Part shown: in pieces, positions 26,830-41,008 of the stretch | How the letters are laid out: every line of letters starts with the position of its first letter | Numbering within the stretch: position 1 is the first letter of the stretch | Source: Cycas panzhihuaensis | Taxonomy: Eukaryota > Plantae > Cycadophyta | Direction: 5' to 3' | Assembly: GCA_023213395.1 (NCBI GenBank) | Contig: CM041465.1 | Coordinates: 227,857,741-227,921,740 of the forward strand | DNA length: 64,000 nucleotides | The notes under the pieces: model-generated | Databases searched by the model: none | What the model saw: only the letters and a program-made list of their open reading frames with translations | Told to the model about the DNA's origin: nothing | Translations under genes and position numbers: made by a program

Positions 26830-28731
26830 TGTTAATGTGGCAGTTAATTATTAAGCCACTTAGTTAATGTTAATGTGGTTTAATTAAGTACAAGGATGTG
26901 AACCCAAAAGGTGAGACTTATTCGGAGGATCACAACCCTAATTGGGTGACATCTCTTGGAGAGTATAGAAGCCTTGAAGCCTTGTATATTCAAATCTAAG
27001 TTCATTATATAATAATCATGTGATCCATCAAGGATCCTCTTTGTGGTGGGTTTTTTCCCGAAAGGGTTTCCCACGTAAATACATGTGTGTTGTGCATCCA
27101 TTTTCTTTGTTTTCTCTTTGTTGCTTGCTATGTATGGTTAAAGATCCTGTGTATGGGAATATTTGTATATGATTTCATGTTTCCGAATATGGTATCAGAG
27201 CAATAAGGTCCTGCAGAGCTGAAGCTTAATGGTGAGAGGGGTGGTGTGATCATTGGTTGCCAGGTAAAGCCATCTAACCTAAGACAAGTCTTGGGGGCTC
27301 ATCAACCCCAACATCATGTAGAAGTAAGCACAATAAATCAGCGGTGGTTGAAGTGGTGGAGATCACTATTCAACAAAGTGTAAGGGTTATTAGAGTCAGT
27401 ATTCAGGCGTGAAGACCACGTTTATGGTTGGAGTTGGCTCATTGGGGGTCATCTGAAGCCAGTTGATGATATGTTGAAGTGATTCAAGCAAGTAGAACAC
27501 ATATTGATGGTGATCCAGTGACTTTAAGGATAGCCAACTATGTGTACATGTAAGTTTCCTATATTCCTCATCAAAATACCATAAAATTTGATAAAAAAGG
27601 GGTCATTTTTTGTACTACTTACTATCAAACCTTCATGTAACCACTAGTGGACATGATTGAAGGCCAAATTAGTTGTTTTCTGTCTAAATATAAGTGTTGG
27701 GTTGAAGTTTACAATAGTAAAAGGTTATTTTCATTATTTTTTTCTATATTTATGAGGATTTTGGAGACTTGTGTACATATATAAAGCCTAAAACAGCCAT
27801 ATAGAGGCTAGTTAGGCATTTATTAACATGCCTGGGCATGTTTGAGAGTTGGTTGGGCTAATTTGCTATTATTTTAGGTCCATTTAATAATGATTGGGTG
27901 TTGTCCTCAGTGATTAAGTGTTGTTCACATTGTCTGGGCGTAACTTATGTTGGCTGGGCACTTTGTGATGATGGTTGGACGCATATTTGGATGACTGTAC
28001 ATGCTTAAGAGAGTGATGGATTGTTATTGGACTATTTACCAATTGTATAGGTGCATGGGAGACTTATGTTAGTGTCCGCCCGTTCGTTTGAATGTGCACT
28101 GGCCATATATAAGAAGCGGCGGGCGCACCTCCTCAGAACATGCCTTGTGACTTTTACTCATCAATTTTTTGATGTTATTACTAAGTTTTTAACTTAGGAA
28201 CATCAATAATATATTTTGGTGATCTTTAAAAGCATGTGCTATTAGTTATAAGGGGTGGCTATTTACAAAAAGTCACACTTTTTGGGAATATACCTTTTAG
28301 CATATTCCCCTCAATGTAAAAATATAAAAGTGACCCTTTATACCATTGATACTTGGTGATATTTACCTAAGGTAAAGTATTTTAATAATATTTGAAGCAT
28401 CCTTAAGCTATTTTTAGTGAGGATCAAGGCATTTTTTATGGATTGCTGACTTGGAGACCGTGCACCATCACCATGTGGAGTCGTCCTTTATTCTGGAGTA
28501 CATATTTGTAGCTATTGTAAGTGTCAGTTGTGATATTTAATGGCTATTTAGGGTCATTTGTTAATGAATAAGGAGGCATAAATAGTCGATGGCTCACTTA
28601 ACCTAGGTATAATATGTGTTGGGTACCTTTGGAAGTGTGCTCATGAGGCAGAGGAGGACACAAGGGTGCATTTTTGTCCTTCATATATTCATTTAGTGTT
28701 GTATGATTCATATTGTATCCCATTGTTCGAG

Positions 28732-29683
28732 ATGGAGAAGCTAATGCCTAAGGTTATCTTTAATGATAACAATTTCAGTGAATGGAAGGCTAATATGGAG
28801 CTTATATTGATGGTGAACCAACTCTGGGGAACCACTAAGGTGAAGCTTGTTTCTATTCCACTTGACTATAAGGAGCATGTCAAACATGAAGAGAAGCAAT
28901 TTATGGCAGTTGGATTATTGAAACTTTCACTAGCGCCTGACTGGAGGGTATTGTTTCACAATCTGGATGACCCAGCTAAGATTTGGACGATGTTGTGTGA
29001 TACTTTTGAGAAGAAGAAGACGAATAGGTATCTTACATTGATGTTGGAACTACTCAATTCAAAAGTTGAAGATGAGAATAATATCAGCTCCTACCTGAAT
29101 AAAATAATCAACTTGAGGAACAGGCTATAAGAATTAAAGTAGAACTCAATCGATGATGCACTTTTGTTTGTGATAATCATGTCAAAGCTACCAGCTGTGT
29201 TTGCCATATTCTAGACCATTTGCGGTAGAGATGAAATGATGGAGGTAGAAACTTTTGATGGCTCAAAAACCTAACTCTAGCAGAGGATGCCAAGCTAAAA
29301 TATCATGGATTGCTTGGAGGTTCTAGTTCAAGTTAGGCCTTAGCCATGAAAACTCAGAGGAAGGAGGCCTCTAAGGAGGAGAAGTTCAGACATCAATCTA
29401 GAGAAATCTCTCAAGACAAGAAGAAGTTTAATGGAAAGTGTAATTACTGCAAGAAGGATGGTCACCATGAAAAGAACTGTTGGTTTAAACATTGTGACAA
29501 GCACAAAGGTAACCAAGATGATAAAGAAAAGAATGTTGCTACTCATTACTTCTAAGCACAGACCTTGTCAGTCGAATTAGATCAACAAGACTATCAGGTA
29601 CTAGATTTTGAAGCACAGAAGTACATCTCTTACCAGAGGCAGAACTTTGATACGTTGAAATCAAATCAAAGTAGTGTTGAGAT
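28732..29683 (+). pseudogene. Element B gag, CCHC knuckle and start of protease
   Basis: FNDNNFSEWKANMELIL...QLW; CNYCKKDGHHEKNC. Confidence 0.9.
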
Positions 29684-32600
29684 TGTTACATAACTTATCC
29701 GGCTAAGTTATGTAAACCACTATGGAACTTTGTGCATGTGTCATCTAGTGGACCAATAGTATGCATGGGCGCTGCCGTCCAATAGAATGTAAGGCTGCTT
29801 AGGCCACTAATAGGATTACATGTATAAGACCATATTTTGTCTATATAAGGGTCATAAATTGTAAATGAGGGTTATCTTGATAGAACATTTTTATAAAGAT
29901 TGTGCTGTAGTACTTCCTATCTTTTGGTGATCATTTAGCACTCTGGTGTTCCTATGAAGCTCTTAGTTAGCTTGTTTGCTTTGTTGGATAAGAAGACACT
30001 ACTGTGATTGTTAAATTCTCTGCTATCTCAAGAGTATTGGTAAGAAGAAATGTCTCAAGTGGTATCAAAGCTGCGTTGAGATCATGGGAGGCTGCCTAAA
30101 ATTCCAAAAAAAAATTTCTTTCACTATGAGATTGAGTGCTCTCTCTACCCTAGTAGAGATTAAGGAAAGACCTTCGCTTAGTACTCTCTCCACGGAGATT
30201 AAGGAACGATATCAGGACAATCTAAGCATTAGGAGAAAAGGGAAATTCTTTTCCCAGGTAACTCTAGTACTTTATCCCTTGTCTTTTATCTGGTTTTAAT
30301 TTCATCCCTAATTTTTGATTCTTGCATTGAATTGTATCTTAAGGGTAGATAACATCGTTGGGCGGCTACTTTTCTCCCTCCCGCCTCCTTTTACAGGTAT
30401 CACAGGGTTTTGTCATTCTGGATAAGCACATAGTGGCCCTTCTTCCCTTTACGTGAAGGATTGGAGTATCACTCCTGAGCCAAGCCCTAGATGTAACACG
30501 GATACGGTGCACCTCCACGTACCTTCAGGTATATAGGAGGACCCCATCTTCAGGTCCCAATCCTTTTCCAGCATAGGTAACTATCGACTGCTGAAGTCTT
30601 GTAGTGCAGTGGTTAGCGATTAGTACCACAAAGCTACCTGCCCCAAACTTCTACAGTTTATTGACAGGCCTATAAGTCCAAGCACACCTTGTCTAGTGGT
30701 TGGTAGGTTAAGACTGTAAGCCACCTCATAATTTAAAAAAAAAAAAAAGAGAGAGAGAAAAAAAGAAAAAAACTCCACTTAATTCAATGAGAAAATTTAC
30801 CCTTATAGGTATATACCTCATTTTAATCAGCACATAGTATTGGTCAATCTATACTAGGTTGATATATACTATAAATTTTCACAATTTTTAGTACCTAGTT
30901 ATTGGTGGATCCCACCTCACCTCCCCCCCCACACTTCACATGCCCCAGTTGAACAAGCTTTTCGCACTATTGAAAGAACTTGATATCTTGTTTATGTAAC
31001 TTTCTTTGGGGTCAACAGGCTATAGACACCCCACAATCTCCCTATTCCCCCCTCTCTTTCCCTTAACAACCCCCTTTTTCTTACGTCCTATTCTTTCTTG
31101 ATCTTTCCCACTTCGTTCATTCCCCTTCTTTCTACTTATTCCTACCTCTTTATGCCCTTTCTCCATGGCTCCTCAAAGTAATAGTGACAAAATCTTAGTA
31201 CTCGAGACTAAAGTCCACAAAATTAATGAGGATCTTAGCCACATATGTGATGAGGTTTAAAATGAAGCAACTACCATGTGTGCAGACTTTAGCTCATAAT
31301 TACAAAACCTAGCATCTCATGCTGATGTCCAAGATGTAATTAAAAGGTTAAACAGCTTCTCTCCTCCACCACCAGTTGGCCCTGCATAGTAACAAATTGT
31401 GCCTCTGCCTCCACATCAGCAATAACCATTCCATCACAAGATCAACATACCCACATTTGATCTAGATCTCAATAGGGATAGTGCACGAAGTTGGATTAGC
31501 AAACTAGAGTCTTACTTTACACTCAACCCAATGTCAGTGAATGAGCAACTTACATTTTCTTCCATTCACTTAGATGGGAAGGCACATCATTGGTTTTGAT
31601 GGTGGAAACAGAAGTATCCCTCTAGCTAGTCTTGGGCGTACTTCTCTACCTAATTTTTCTAGCAGTATGAAGACACTTGGAGTCAATCTTTTTTTACACA
31701 ACTAACACGTTTAAAGCAAGTATCCTTTGTCAAAGTTTACACGGATGAGTTTCAATCTTTACGTAATCGGGTTGATTAGTAACTTATAAATAGACAAAGA
31801 TAGATATATATGTATCCAGACTTAAAGAACGTATCCAAATACACTTGAAGATAGTCTACCTATCCACTCTAAAGGATGCAATTAATATGGCTAAAGCAGT
31901 AGAAGCAGAATTTACTACAGAAAGACCTCCTCCATTCAAATGAGACTCCACGTAGTTTTCACAATCCCAGTAAGCTGATACAGCTTGGTCCCAGAGACCA
32001 CGATCATGCTCATGACTAGAGGACATCCTAGCTATATCTCTCAAGTAGTGCATTGAGGAATCATCATCAAAGTCCATCCACATTACTCCTACATAGGCAC
32101 AACATCGTCAGGAAGCTGGTCTATATATGTAATGTTCTGAAAAATGGACCACTGGTCATAATAGAATCTATAAAGCTAGGAAGATGGTCTTCACAATTGA
32201 CCCAGACTTACCCTCGGATGATGACCCTGATACTAAGCATGAATATGATGATGAACCTCAAGACCACCCTACTAATGAGTTATCCCCAAACCCTGAGCCT
32301 CAAGTTTCCTTATCCATAGTTACCTCCATTGCATGTCCTAAACCACTTCGAGTTAAAGGAATACTTAGGAAAACCCTAATTACCATTTTGATTGATAGTG
32401 ACACGTCGCTAAATTTTATCGACATCTCCATTGCCCACCAATTGAATCTTTACATAGAACCTAAAACTAGCTTCACTTGCTCCTTACCTTGTCATCACAC
32501 ACTCCATTGTGTAGGAACAATAAAAAACATTATGGTCCACATTGGCTCATATATCCTTTTCTCTGATTTTTATGCCCTGTCCATAGGTGGGTCAAATGTA

Positions 32601-35600
32601 ATTCTTGGCATATAATGGCTCCAGACTCTAGGGACGTATAGCATTAATAACTCACCCATGGCCCCCTTCATTATGTTCAAAGATCACATGGGCCACTCTC
32701 ATAAACTTTATGGGATGCAAGCCCCCCCAAACAAAGTAATCTCACATTCACAAATATGTCGCCAACTCAATGGTAACATCAGATACATCATTCATCTTAA
32801 CCATATCCAAGCCCCCTCGGGTATCCACCCTGATATCCAGTAAGTATTAGATCGATGCCAATCTATATTTACTATGTTACCTGCTAGCCCCCCGCCTGAT
32901 TGAGGCTTTTACCATACTATTGAGTTATAAAGTTTACACGACCCAATAAGCCTTCGACCATATAGAAATTCCTATTTCCAAAAAAATGAAATTGAAAAAA
33001 TCATGCGGGAATTATTAGACATGGGTATCATCCAACGTAGTAAAAGCCCATATGCAACACCCATCGTCTTAGTTTGCAAGAAGGATGGCTCTTTCTAACT
33101 TTGTGTTGACTATCGTGTGCTCAATAAAATCACCATAAAAAATAAGTTTCTCACACCACGAATCGATGACATATTAGATGAAATCTATGGCGTTGTAATT
33201 TTCACCAAACTTGATTTATAGTCAGTATACTACCAAATCCCCATCTTGCCAGAAGATCAACATAAAACAACTTTCTGAACCCACCATGGACACTTTGAGT
33301 TCCAGGTCATGCCCTTTGGCCTATATAATGCTCCGGCCACCTTTCAGACCCTCATGAACAAGATCTTTTCCCCATACTTATGAAAATTTATCATCGTCTT
33401 CTTCAACGATATTCTTATCCATAGCTCAAACATGCTAGCCCACATCCCACATCTAGAAACAGTCCTTCAAATCCTAGTTAAGAATAAATTGTATGCTAAG
33501 CTCTCCAAATATGAATTTGGGAAATCTGAATTACAGTACCTTGGGCATATTATATCCTTTGTAGGGGTTCAGGTGGATCCTGATAAAATCTCTATCATTA
33601 CTAATTGGCCAACCCCAAAAACCCTGACCCAATTGCAGGCTTTCCTAGGACTTACCAGATTCTATCGATGGTTCGTTAAAAATTATGCCACCCTAACCAC
33701 TCCCTTAACCCACTTACTTCAGAAGGATTCCTTCCAGTGGTCCCCCTTAGCTAATGAGGCCTTCTTCCATTTAAAGGAGGTCATGATAACCACCCCAGTC
33801 TTGTCCTCCCCTTACTTTTCTTGGCCTTTCCAATTAGAATGGGATGCCTCTGGGTTTGGATTAAGTGCAGTCTTAATATAAGACTTCCACCCCATTGCCT
33901 TTGAAAGTCAAAAACTTAAAGATCATGAGTGTAGGCTTTCTACCTATCAAAAAGAAATGCGGACCATCCTCCATGCTATTGACAAGTGGCAACAGTATCT
34001 ACTTGGTTCTAAATTCACTATCCTCACTGATCATCATAGCCTTCAATGTTTACTAGATCAATTAGTCCTCTCAGAATAGTAGGCAAAATGGGTCGACTGC
34101 CTCCAAGTTTTTGATTTTATAGTCATATATAAAAAGGGGAAAGATAACATTATAGCAGATGCTCTCTTGAGGTTGCCTTCAGCTACACTTGGCAATAACA
34201 TTGATCATGCTGAGGACCCCACCATTTATGCCATTTCCTCCCCACAACTAACATGGCTATAGGATTTAGCCATGGCTAACCAAAACCAACATGATTTTGC
34301 ATATTGGGCTAATAAGGTCCACACTCATAAGGATTGGTCCATCCATAATAATCTTCTCTTATACCAAAATTGCATATTTGTCCATCCCCTCTCAGCTTTT
34401 ATCCCATGGATTTTATTAGAATATCATTCTTCCCCTCTTGGAGGCCACTCTGGTTTTGATAAAACTTACTTTAGGATTCGTTTTGACTTCTTTTGGCTAG
34501 CAATGAAATCCACCATCCTTACCTTTATCTCAAAATGTGATACATGCCAACGTAACAAAGCTTATACAAAACCCCAATTGGGCCTCCTTTAACCATTGCA
34601 CATCCCACAAGGTAAATGGCAAGATATTGCCATGGACTTTATAACGGGCCTACCACCATCTGCCGGATCTAACTCCATTTTAGTAGTCATAGATCGGTTG
34701 ACAAAATATGCCTACTTCTTGCCTATCCACATAACCTATAAAGCCCCACACATCGCTGACATCTACATCCAGATAATATTTCATTTGTATGGTTTTCCAT
34801 CCACCATTGTATGTGATTGTGACCCAAAATTCACTAGCTCCTTTTGGCAAGAGCTATTCCACACATTAGGTACATCATTCAACATGAGTTTTGCATACCA
34901 TCCACAGACCGATGGCTAATCTGAGGTCCTTAGCAAAACTCTGGAGACCTACTTACATTGCTTTACATCTGACCACCAGTCTAAATGGATATCATGCCTA
35001 GCTCTAGCTGAGTATTGGTACAACTCCTCACACCATTCAACCATTGGAATGTCTCTATTTTTTGCCCTCTATGGGTATCCCCCTCCATCCCACCATACCT
35101 TAGCAACCAACCTTTGTACAACAGCAGTGCAACAAAAACTATAGCATATGGACCAAATTCTCCACACCCTTAAACAAAACCTATCTACAGCCTAAAATCA
35201 AATGAAATAATTAGCAGACCACCACCGCTCTGATCACTCCTTCAATATTGGGGATTTGGTATTTCTTCATCTCTAACCTTATAAGCAACAATCCCTTCAC
35301 CATCATAAGAACCATAAACTTAGCCCTCGATATTATAGCCTCTATAAAGTCCTTAAATGTATTGGTGATGTTGCATATGCTCTCGACCTTTCCCTTACCA
35401 CAAACATCTATAATATTTTTCATGTCTCCTATCTTCGGAAGTGTCTAAGAAAAACCCATACTCCCCAGACAACCCTTCTAATTTTAGATGAAGAGCAAAC
35501 CTTATCTGTACCTCCATAATGTATCCTAGCTACTAGACAACAGCATCTTTGGAATCGGTCCATTTCAGAATATTTGATACAGTGGATAGGTTGCACCTCT

Positions 35601-36063
35601 AACGAAGCAACTTGGGAGTCCAATGAGTTTGTCAAAAAGCACCTGCATCTCACCTGCCTCGAGGACACAGCATCTTAGGGGAGGGGACTTGTTACATAAC
35701 TTATTTAGCTAAGTTATGTAAACCATTATGGAACTTTGTGCATGTGCTATCTAGCGGACCAATAGTATGCATGGGCGCTGCCATCTAATAGAATGTAAGG
35801 CCACTTAGACCACCAATAGGATTACATGTATAAGACCCTAATTTATCTATATAAGGGTCATAAATTGTAAATGAGGGTTATCTTGATAGAACATTTTTAT
35901 AAAGATTGTGTTGCGGTACTTTCTATCTTTTGGTGATCATTTAGCGCTCTGGTGTTCCTCTGAAGCTCTTGGTTAGCTTGTTTGCTCTATTGGATAAGAA
36001 GACGCTGTTGTGATTGTCAAATTCTCTACTATCTCAAGAGTATTGGTGAGAAGAAACATCTCA
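29684..36063 (+). mobile_element. Element F: Ty3/Gypsy chromovirus (Reina-like, inferred) nested in B
   Basis: 374-bp TG..CA LTRs 29684-30057 and 35690-36063; PBS TGGTATCAAAGC at 30060-30071; PPT AGGGGAGGGGA; TSD gagat/aagat. Confidence 0.95.
31165..35680 (+). pseudogene. Element F gag-pol remnant (gag, PR, RT, RH, INT, chromodomain)
   Basis: [105 protein letters not shown]. Confidence 0.95.
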
Positions 36064-36068
36064 AAGAT

Positions 36069-39040
36069 AATTCTTGGAGATGCTCATGTGTTGCCAGTAG
36101 ATGGTATTAGTGAAGTTTCCATTGTAAGAGGCAAGTTTTTCAGGGTATATTATGCACCCAAGATGCAGTTGAACCTTCTGTTTACTTGGGAGATCTACAA
36201 ATAAGGTATGAAAGTTGAGCTCTACAATGATAAGTGCTTGATAAAGGACCCACAATAGAACTTTATTATCATAGCTACCAAGAAAGTTAGGGATAACTTT
36301 TTGGTATTTGAGAAGTTTTAATCTCAGAAAAAGTCCTATGCCTTTGTTACCAGCGCAGATGATGAAAGTAAATTGTGGCACAATTGCCTTGGGCATCTTA
36401 ATTACAGCAGTATTACACTACTGAAGAGGTTGAAGATGGCAAAAGGACTGTCACCAGTTTCTTGCTTAGATGGTGTATGTGAAGGGTGCATGTATGGCAA
36501 GCATCATTGCTATCTTTTTTCTTAGGATAATGCTTGGAGAGCCAAGGAGAAGCTAGAGCTTATGCACTCAGATATTATAGGACCACTCCTAAACCATTCA
36601 GTATTAGGAGCTTGATATACACTTATGTTTGTGGATGATTATACCAAGAAAGCTTGGGTTTATTTTCTCAAGAATAAGTTAGATGTATTTGATCGCTTCT
36701 GTGATTGGAAAGCGATGGTTGAAAATGAAAGTGATAAGAAAATAAAAACTTTACGAAGTGATAATGGCAAGGAGTATGGCAATCATGTATTTAATCAGTT
36801 CTGCCGCAACCATGGTATAAAGTAGGAGTTTATAGTCCCATATACCCCACAACATAATAGAGATAGTGAGGTGTATAGTGCATGCCAAAAACCTACGACC
36901 GAAGTTTTGGGCAGAAGCTATGATGACTGCTGTTTATATTTTGAAAAGGGTACCCACTCAGGCAGTTCGCAGCATAACCCCCAAAGAGAAATGGACCAGT
37001 CGAAAGCCTACCATTAACCATTTAAGAACGTTTGGGTGTATTGCATACACCTATATCCCAGACGATACATGCAATAAGTTGGATCAAAAAAGTCTTAAGT
37101 GCATATTCATAGGGTATTGCATGGAGAACAAAGCCTACAAACTATGGGATCCATAAGGAGAAAAGATTGTGGTTAGTTAGGATGCTAAATTTGATGAGTC
37201 ATTGGCATATCATGCTGAAAAGGCATTAGAGGAACCTTTTTACCCTCCCCTTCTCCCATTCCTAAATTCTTCAAGCGAAGAGGACGATGAGCCAGTTGTT
37301 GTAGCACCTAAGGAAGCAGGATCGAGTGGGACAAGTAATAGTGAGGAGTCACTGCAAGAAGAAGCACCTCTAATAATGGGTCCTTTTATACCTTTATGGG
37401 TAAGGAAAACTATTGAAGATTTTGGTATGGCGATACAAACCCTAACTGATGACAGACGAACTAGAAGTCAGTATGGCAATCTAACTCTGCTGGTAGATAC
37501 CAATGACTCCAATGATCTTGATTCATTTGCTGAAGCAAAAGGAGATCCACGATAGAGTGATGTAATGGAGGAAGAGTATAGTTCTCTGATGAAGAATGAT
37601 ACGTGAGATTTGGTTCCACTCCCACCATCGAAGAACCTTGTAAGATACAAGTGGGTCTATAAGACAAAGTTTCGCTCTGATAGAGAGGTGGACAAGTACA
37701 AGGCCTGACGTTTTACACAGGGATTCAAGCAAAAGAAGGAATTAATTATGAGAAGATATTTACACTAGTCTCTAGAATGACAACAGTCTGCTTACTCATT
37801 TCCTTACCAGTTATGTTAGATTAGGAGTTACACTAGATGGACATTAAGTCTGCATTCCTTAATGGGGATCTAAAGGAGGAGATATACATGTCGTAGCCTT
37901 TGGGATTCATTAAGGATGGCCAAGAGCATCTTGTTTACCATTTGAAAAAGTCAATCTATGGCCTAAAACAAGCACCCCATGCTTGGTCTGAGAAGATGGA
38001 TGCCAAGTTGAAAGTTGAAGGTTTTGAAATCTCAGAACTCGACCCAAACCTGTATGTGAAGAGAAGAGAGACTTTTGTAGTTTCTTGTGTGGTCTATATG
38101 GATGATCTAATCATCGACAGTAATCGTGGCAAGGCTATAGCCAAAGTAAAATCTAATTTAAGAGCTTCATTTGACATGATGGATCTTAGAGAACTTCACT
38201 ATTTCTTGGGCATTCAGATCAAGCAGATGGAAGATAGGATTGTGTTATTACAATCGCAGTATGTGAAGAACTTACTAGAGAGATTTAGAATACAACACCG
38301 CAAACCTATTGTAACACCATGTGTAAAAGGCACAAGGTTATAGCAGGACATAGCCCAACCTTCTATAGATGGTACTAAGTATCGCCAGTTGGTAGGGAGT
38401 CTTATCTATTTGACTCATACCAAGCCAGACATCGCATACGTTGTTGGATTGGTTTCTTGCTACATGCAAAATCCTCAGGAGTCTCATTTGGTGGTTGTAA
38501 AGAGGATTCTAAAATATCTAAAGGGGACAATCAATCTTGGTCTTGAATACTGTAGAGGTGAGAAGATCAAGTTACATGGCTACACAGATGTTGATTGGGG
38601 AGGAGATTCTGACGACTGGAAGTCCACTGCTGGATACCTATTTAGTATTGGCAATGGATTTGTTTCATGGCAGTCGAAGAAGCAGTAGATAATGGCATTA
38701 TCTTCTACAGAAATAGAATACCAAGGACTCAATGCTGATGTGAAAGAAGCAGTATGGTTGCAAGGTCTCTTAGATTTTCTTAGCATTTCCAATGGACATC
38801 TTATTCTCCTTGTTGATAATTATAGTACCATTTATCTATCGAAGAATCCAAAGTTTCATGCACGTACAAAGCATATCAAGATTCAACACCATTACATTTG
38901 TGAACAGATCAAGTCAGGGAAGTTGTAGGTTGACTATTGTCTGAGTGAATTACAGTTTGCGGACGTCTTCACCAAACCTTTCACTGAAGATCAATTCACG
39001 AAGATGTGTATCGGGCTTAGACTCACCAACATTATCCTTG
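36069..39040 (+). pseudogene. Element B pol remainder (protease end, integrase, RT, RNase H; Copia order)
   Basis: LWHNCLGHLN, FVDDYTKKAWVYFLK, LRSDNGKEY, LKKSIYGLKQAP, VYMDDL, GYTDVDWGG, FHARTKHI. Confidence 0.95.
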
Positions 39041-39512
39041 AGGGGGGATGTATCCATAAGGATAAAGAAGTTGTAGGATAGTCCCAACCTTTGTGATAAC
39101 TCAACTACTACATGTTGTAGGTTCCCCACATTCACATTAAGGGGTGATGTTAATGTGGTAGTTAATTATTAAGCCACTTAGTTAATGTTAATACGGTTTA
39201 ATTAAGTGAAAGGGTGTAAAGCCAAAAGCTGCAACTTATTCGGGGGGTCACAACCCTAATCGGGTGACACCTCTTAGAGAGTATAAAAGCCTTAAAGCCT
39301 TGTATATTCAAATCTGAGTTCATTATGTAATAATCATGTGATCCATCAAGGATCCTCTTTATGGTGGGTTTTCTCTCGAAAGGGTTTCTCACGTAAATAC
39401 CTATGTATTGTGCATCTATTTTATGTGTTTTCTATTTGTTGCTTGCTATGTATGGTTAAAGATCCTGCATATGGGAATATTTATGTATGATTTCATGTTC
39501 TCGAACTGAATG

Positions 39513-41008
39513 AGTTGGCTACAAGAGAGGAAAATTTACTTAGAGAAATTAGCAACCAAGAAAAGAAGAAGAAACTTCTTTAAAAGTAAAAGTCAAGGGT
39601 TAGATAGTTGAGATAAGTGGATAAAAATATTAAATTCTTCCATAAAACTACTTTGCAGAAGCATATCCATAATAGTATCTTTAATCTTAGAAAGAAGAAT
39701 AAAGAGATAGTGGACACAACCAAAGATATTAAGGAAGAGTTAAGGTCCTTCTTTAGAAAGATAACTACTAAAACTTAAGAGCTTAGAGAAGAAGATAATA
39801 GAGAAATTTAATCCAACATCTCAAAGTTAGTGTCAATTGATCAAAACAAAGCCCTAATTAAGGAAGAGATTAAGAAAGTGATTTTTAGTATAACTCTAGG
39901 CAAAGCTCTTGGTCTTGGTAATTTCTGCATAGATTTCTATTAAACTTTCTAGAACAACATGGAGGAGGATACTATCAATTTTGTAGAAGAATCCAAATAA
40001 TCTTATAAAATGTCACAAACCCTCAACACCAACTTTATAACCCTTTTTCTTAAAGAAAAAGATCCTTTGACAATAAAAAAATTTAGACTAATAGACTTGC
40101 ATAACATAGATTATAAGATCATTTCAAAAGTTATGGTTACTAAGTTGGAAGAGACTAAAGAAGAAATCATATCTAGGAAATAAAGGGGTTTTGTGGTTAA
40201 GAGATAAATCCTAGAAGGTATAATAGTGACATAGGAGATTATCTATTTGCTTAAATAAACTAAGAAAAATAACATGTTAATAAAGTTGGATATGTTTAGA
40301 GTCTATGATTATCTAAAATAAAACTTTATGAACAAAATCTTTTTGTCATTTAGATTTGATAAGAATTCCCTAGAGTGGGTTCACAACCATATTTCTCATA
40401 CCTCCTTCTTAATTCTCATTAACAGAGCTCCTTCCTAGCCATTTCTACATTGGAGGTGGGGGGGGGGGGGGGGGGGGGGGATGAGGCAGGTAGGAAAGGA
40501 GACCCTCTCTCACCATATCTCTTTATTATTATGGAAAATGGTTTAGAAAGACTAGTAACCAAGATAATGTAAGAAAAGTAAATTAAAGGAATTTAACTAT
40601 CGCAGAATTTAGAGGTTGTTTCCCATTTGTAATTTATAGATAATATCCTATTTATGGGGATAACTTCAATAGGAGAAGCTAGAGTCATGGAAAAAATCAT
40701 GAAAGTCTTCTTTCAAGCCTTTAGGGGTATGGTCAATGAGAAGAAAATGAAGATCTTCTTTTTCAACACCCATCCACAAATCCAAAGAAATATTAGTGGG
40801 TTTTTAAACTTTTATATAGGCTCTCTCCTATGTAAGTAATTAGGTGTACCATTTGTAGAGAACTTGAAATGAAATAATGCTTAGGAAAGAGTAATTAATA
40901 ATATTAAAACCAAATTAGCATATTGGTATTCCAAGCATCTCACTCTAGCTAGAAGAATTGTGGTAATTAGGTTGGTTCTATAGGTTATGCTTATTTACAT
41001 GTTCTTGA
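39513..41008 (+). pseudogene. LINE ORF2 piece 3: reverse transcriptase
   Basis: Degenerate KSRxxWLxxGDKNxKFFH, GKAxGxxxF, FRxIxLxNxxYKIISK, (R)xGDPLSPYLF, SHLxFxD motifs. Confidence 0.9.
40458..40480. repeat. G23 homopolymer within the LINE RT
   Basis: Directly visible run of 23 G. Confidence 0.9.

Larger units (their letters stand above)
26830..39507 (+). mobile_element. Element B: Ty1/Copia LTR retrotransposon carrying nested Gypsy F
   Basis: 360-bp LTRs 26830-27189 and 39148-39507; PBS TGGTATCAGAGC at 27190-27201; PPT TTAAGGGGTGA; degenerate TSD aaata/gaatg; the LINE frame rejoins across it. Confidence 0.93.

Noticed and set aside
26880-27101. Similar minus-strand ORFs at 26880-27101 and 39198-39392 looking like a duplicated small gene
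   Set aside because: Both lie inside the two LTRs of B; the similarity is LTR identity.
37445-37465. CTGATGA...GAA resembling a hammerhead ribozyme core (retrozyme)
   Set aside because: No stem II or GAAA and no flanking stems; it lies in B pol coding sequence (TDDRRTRS).
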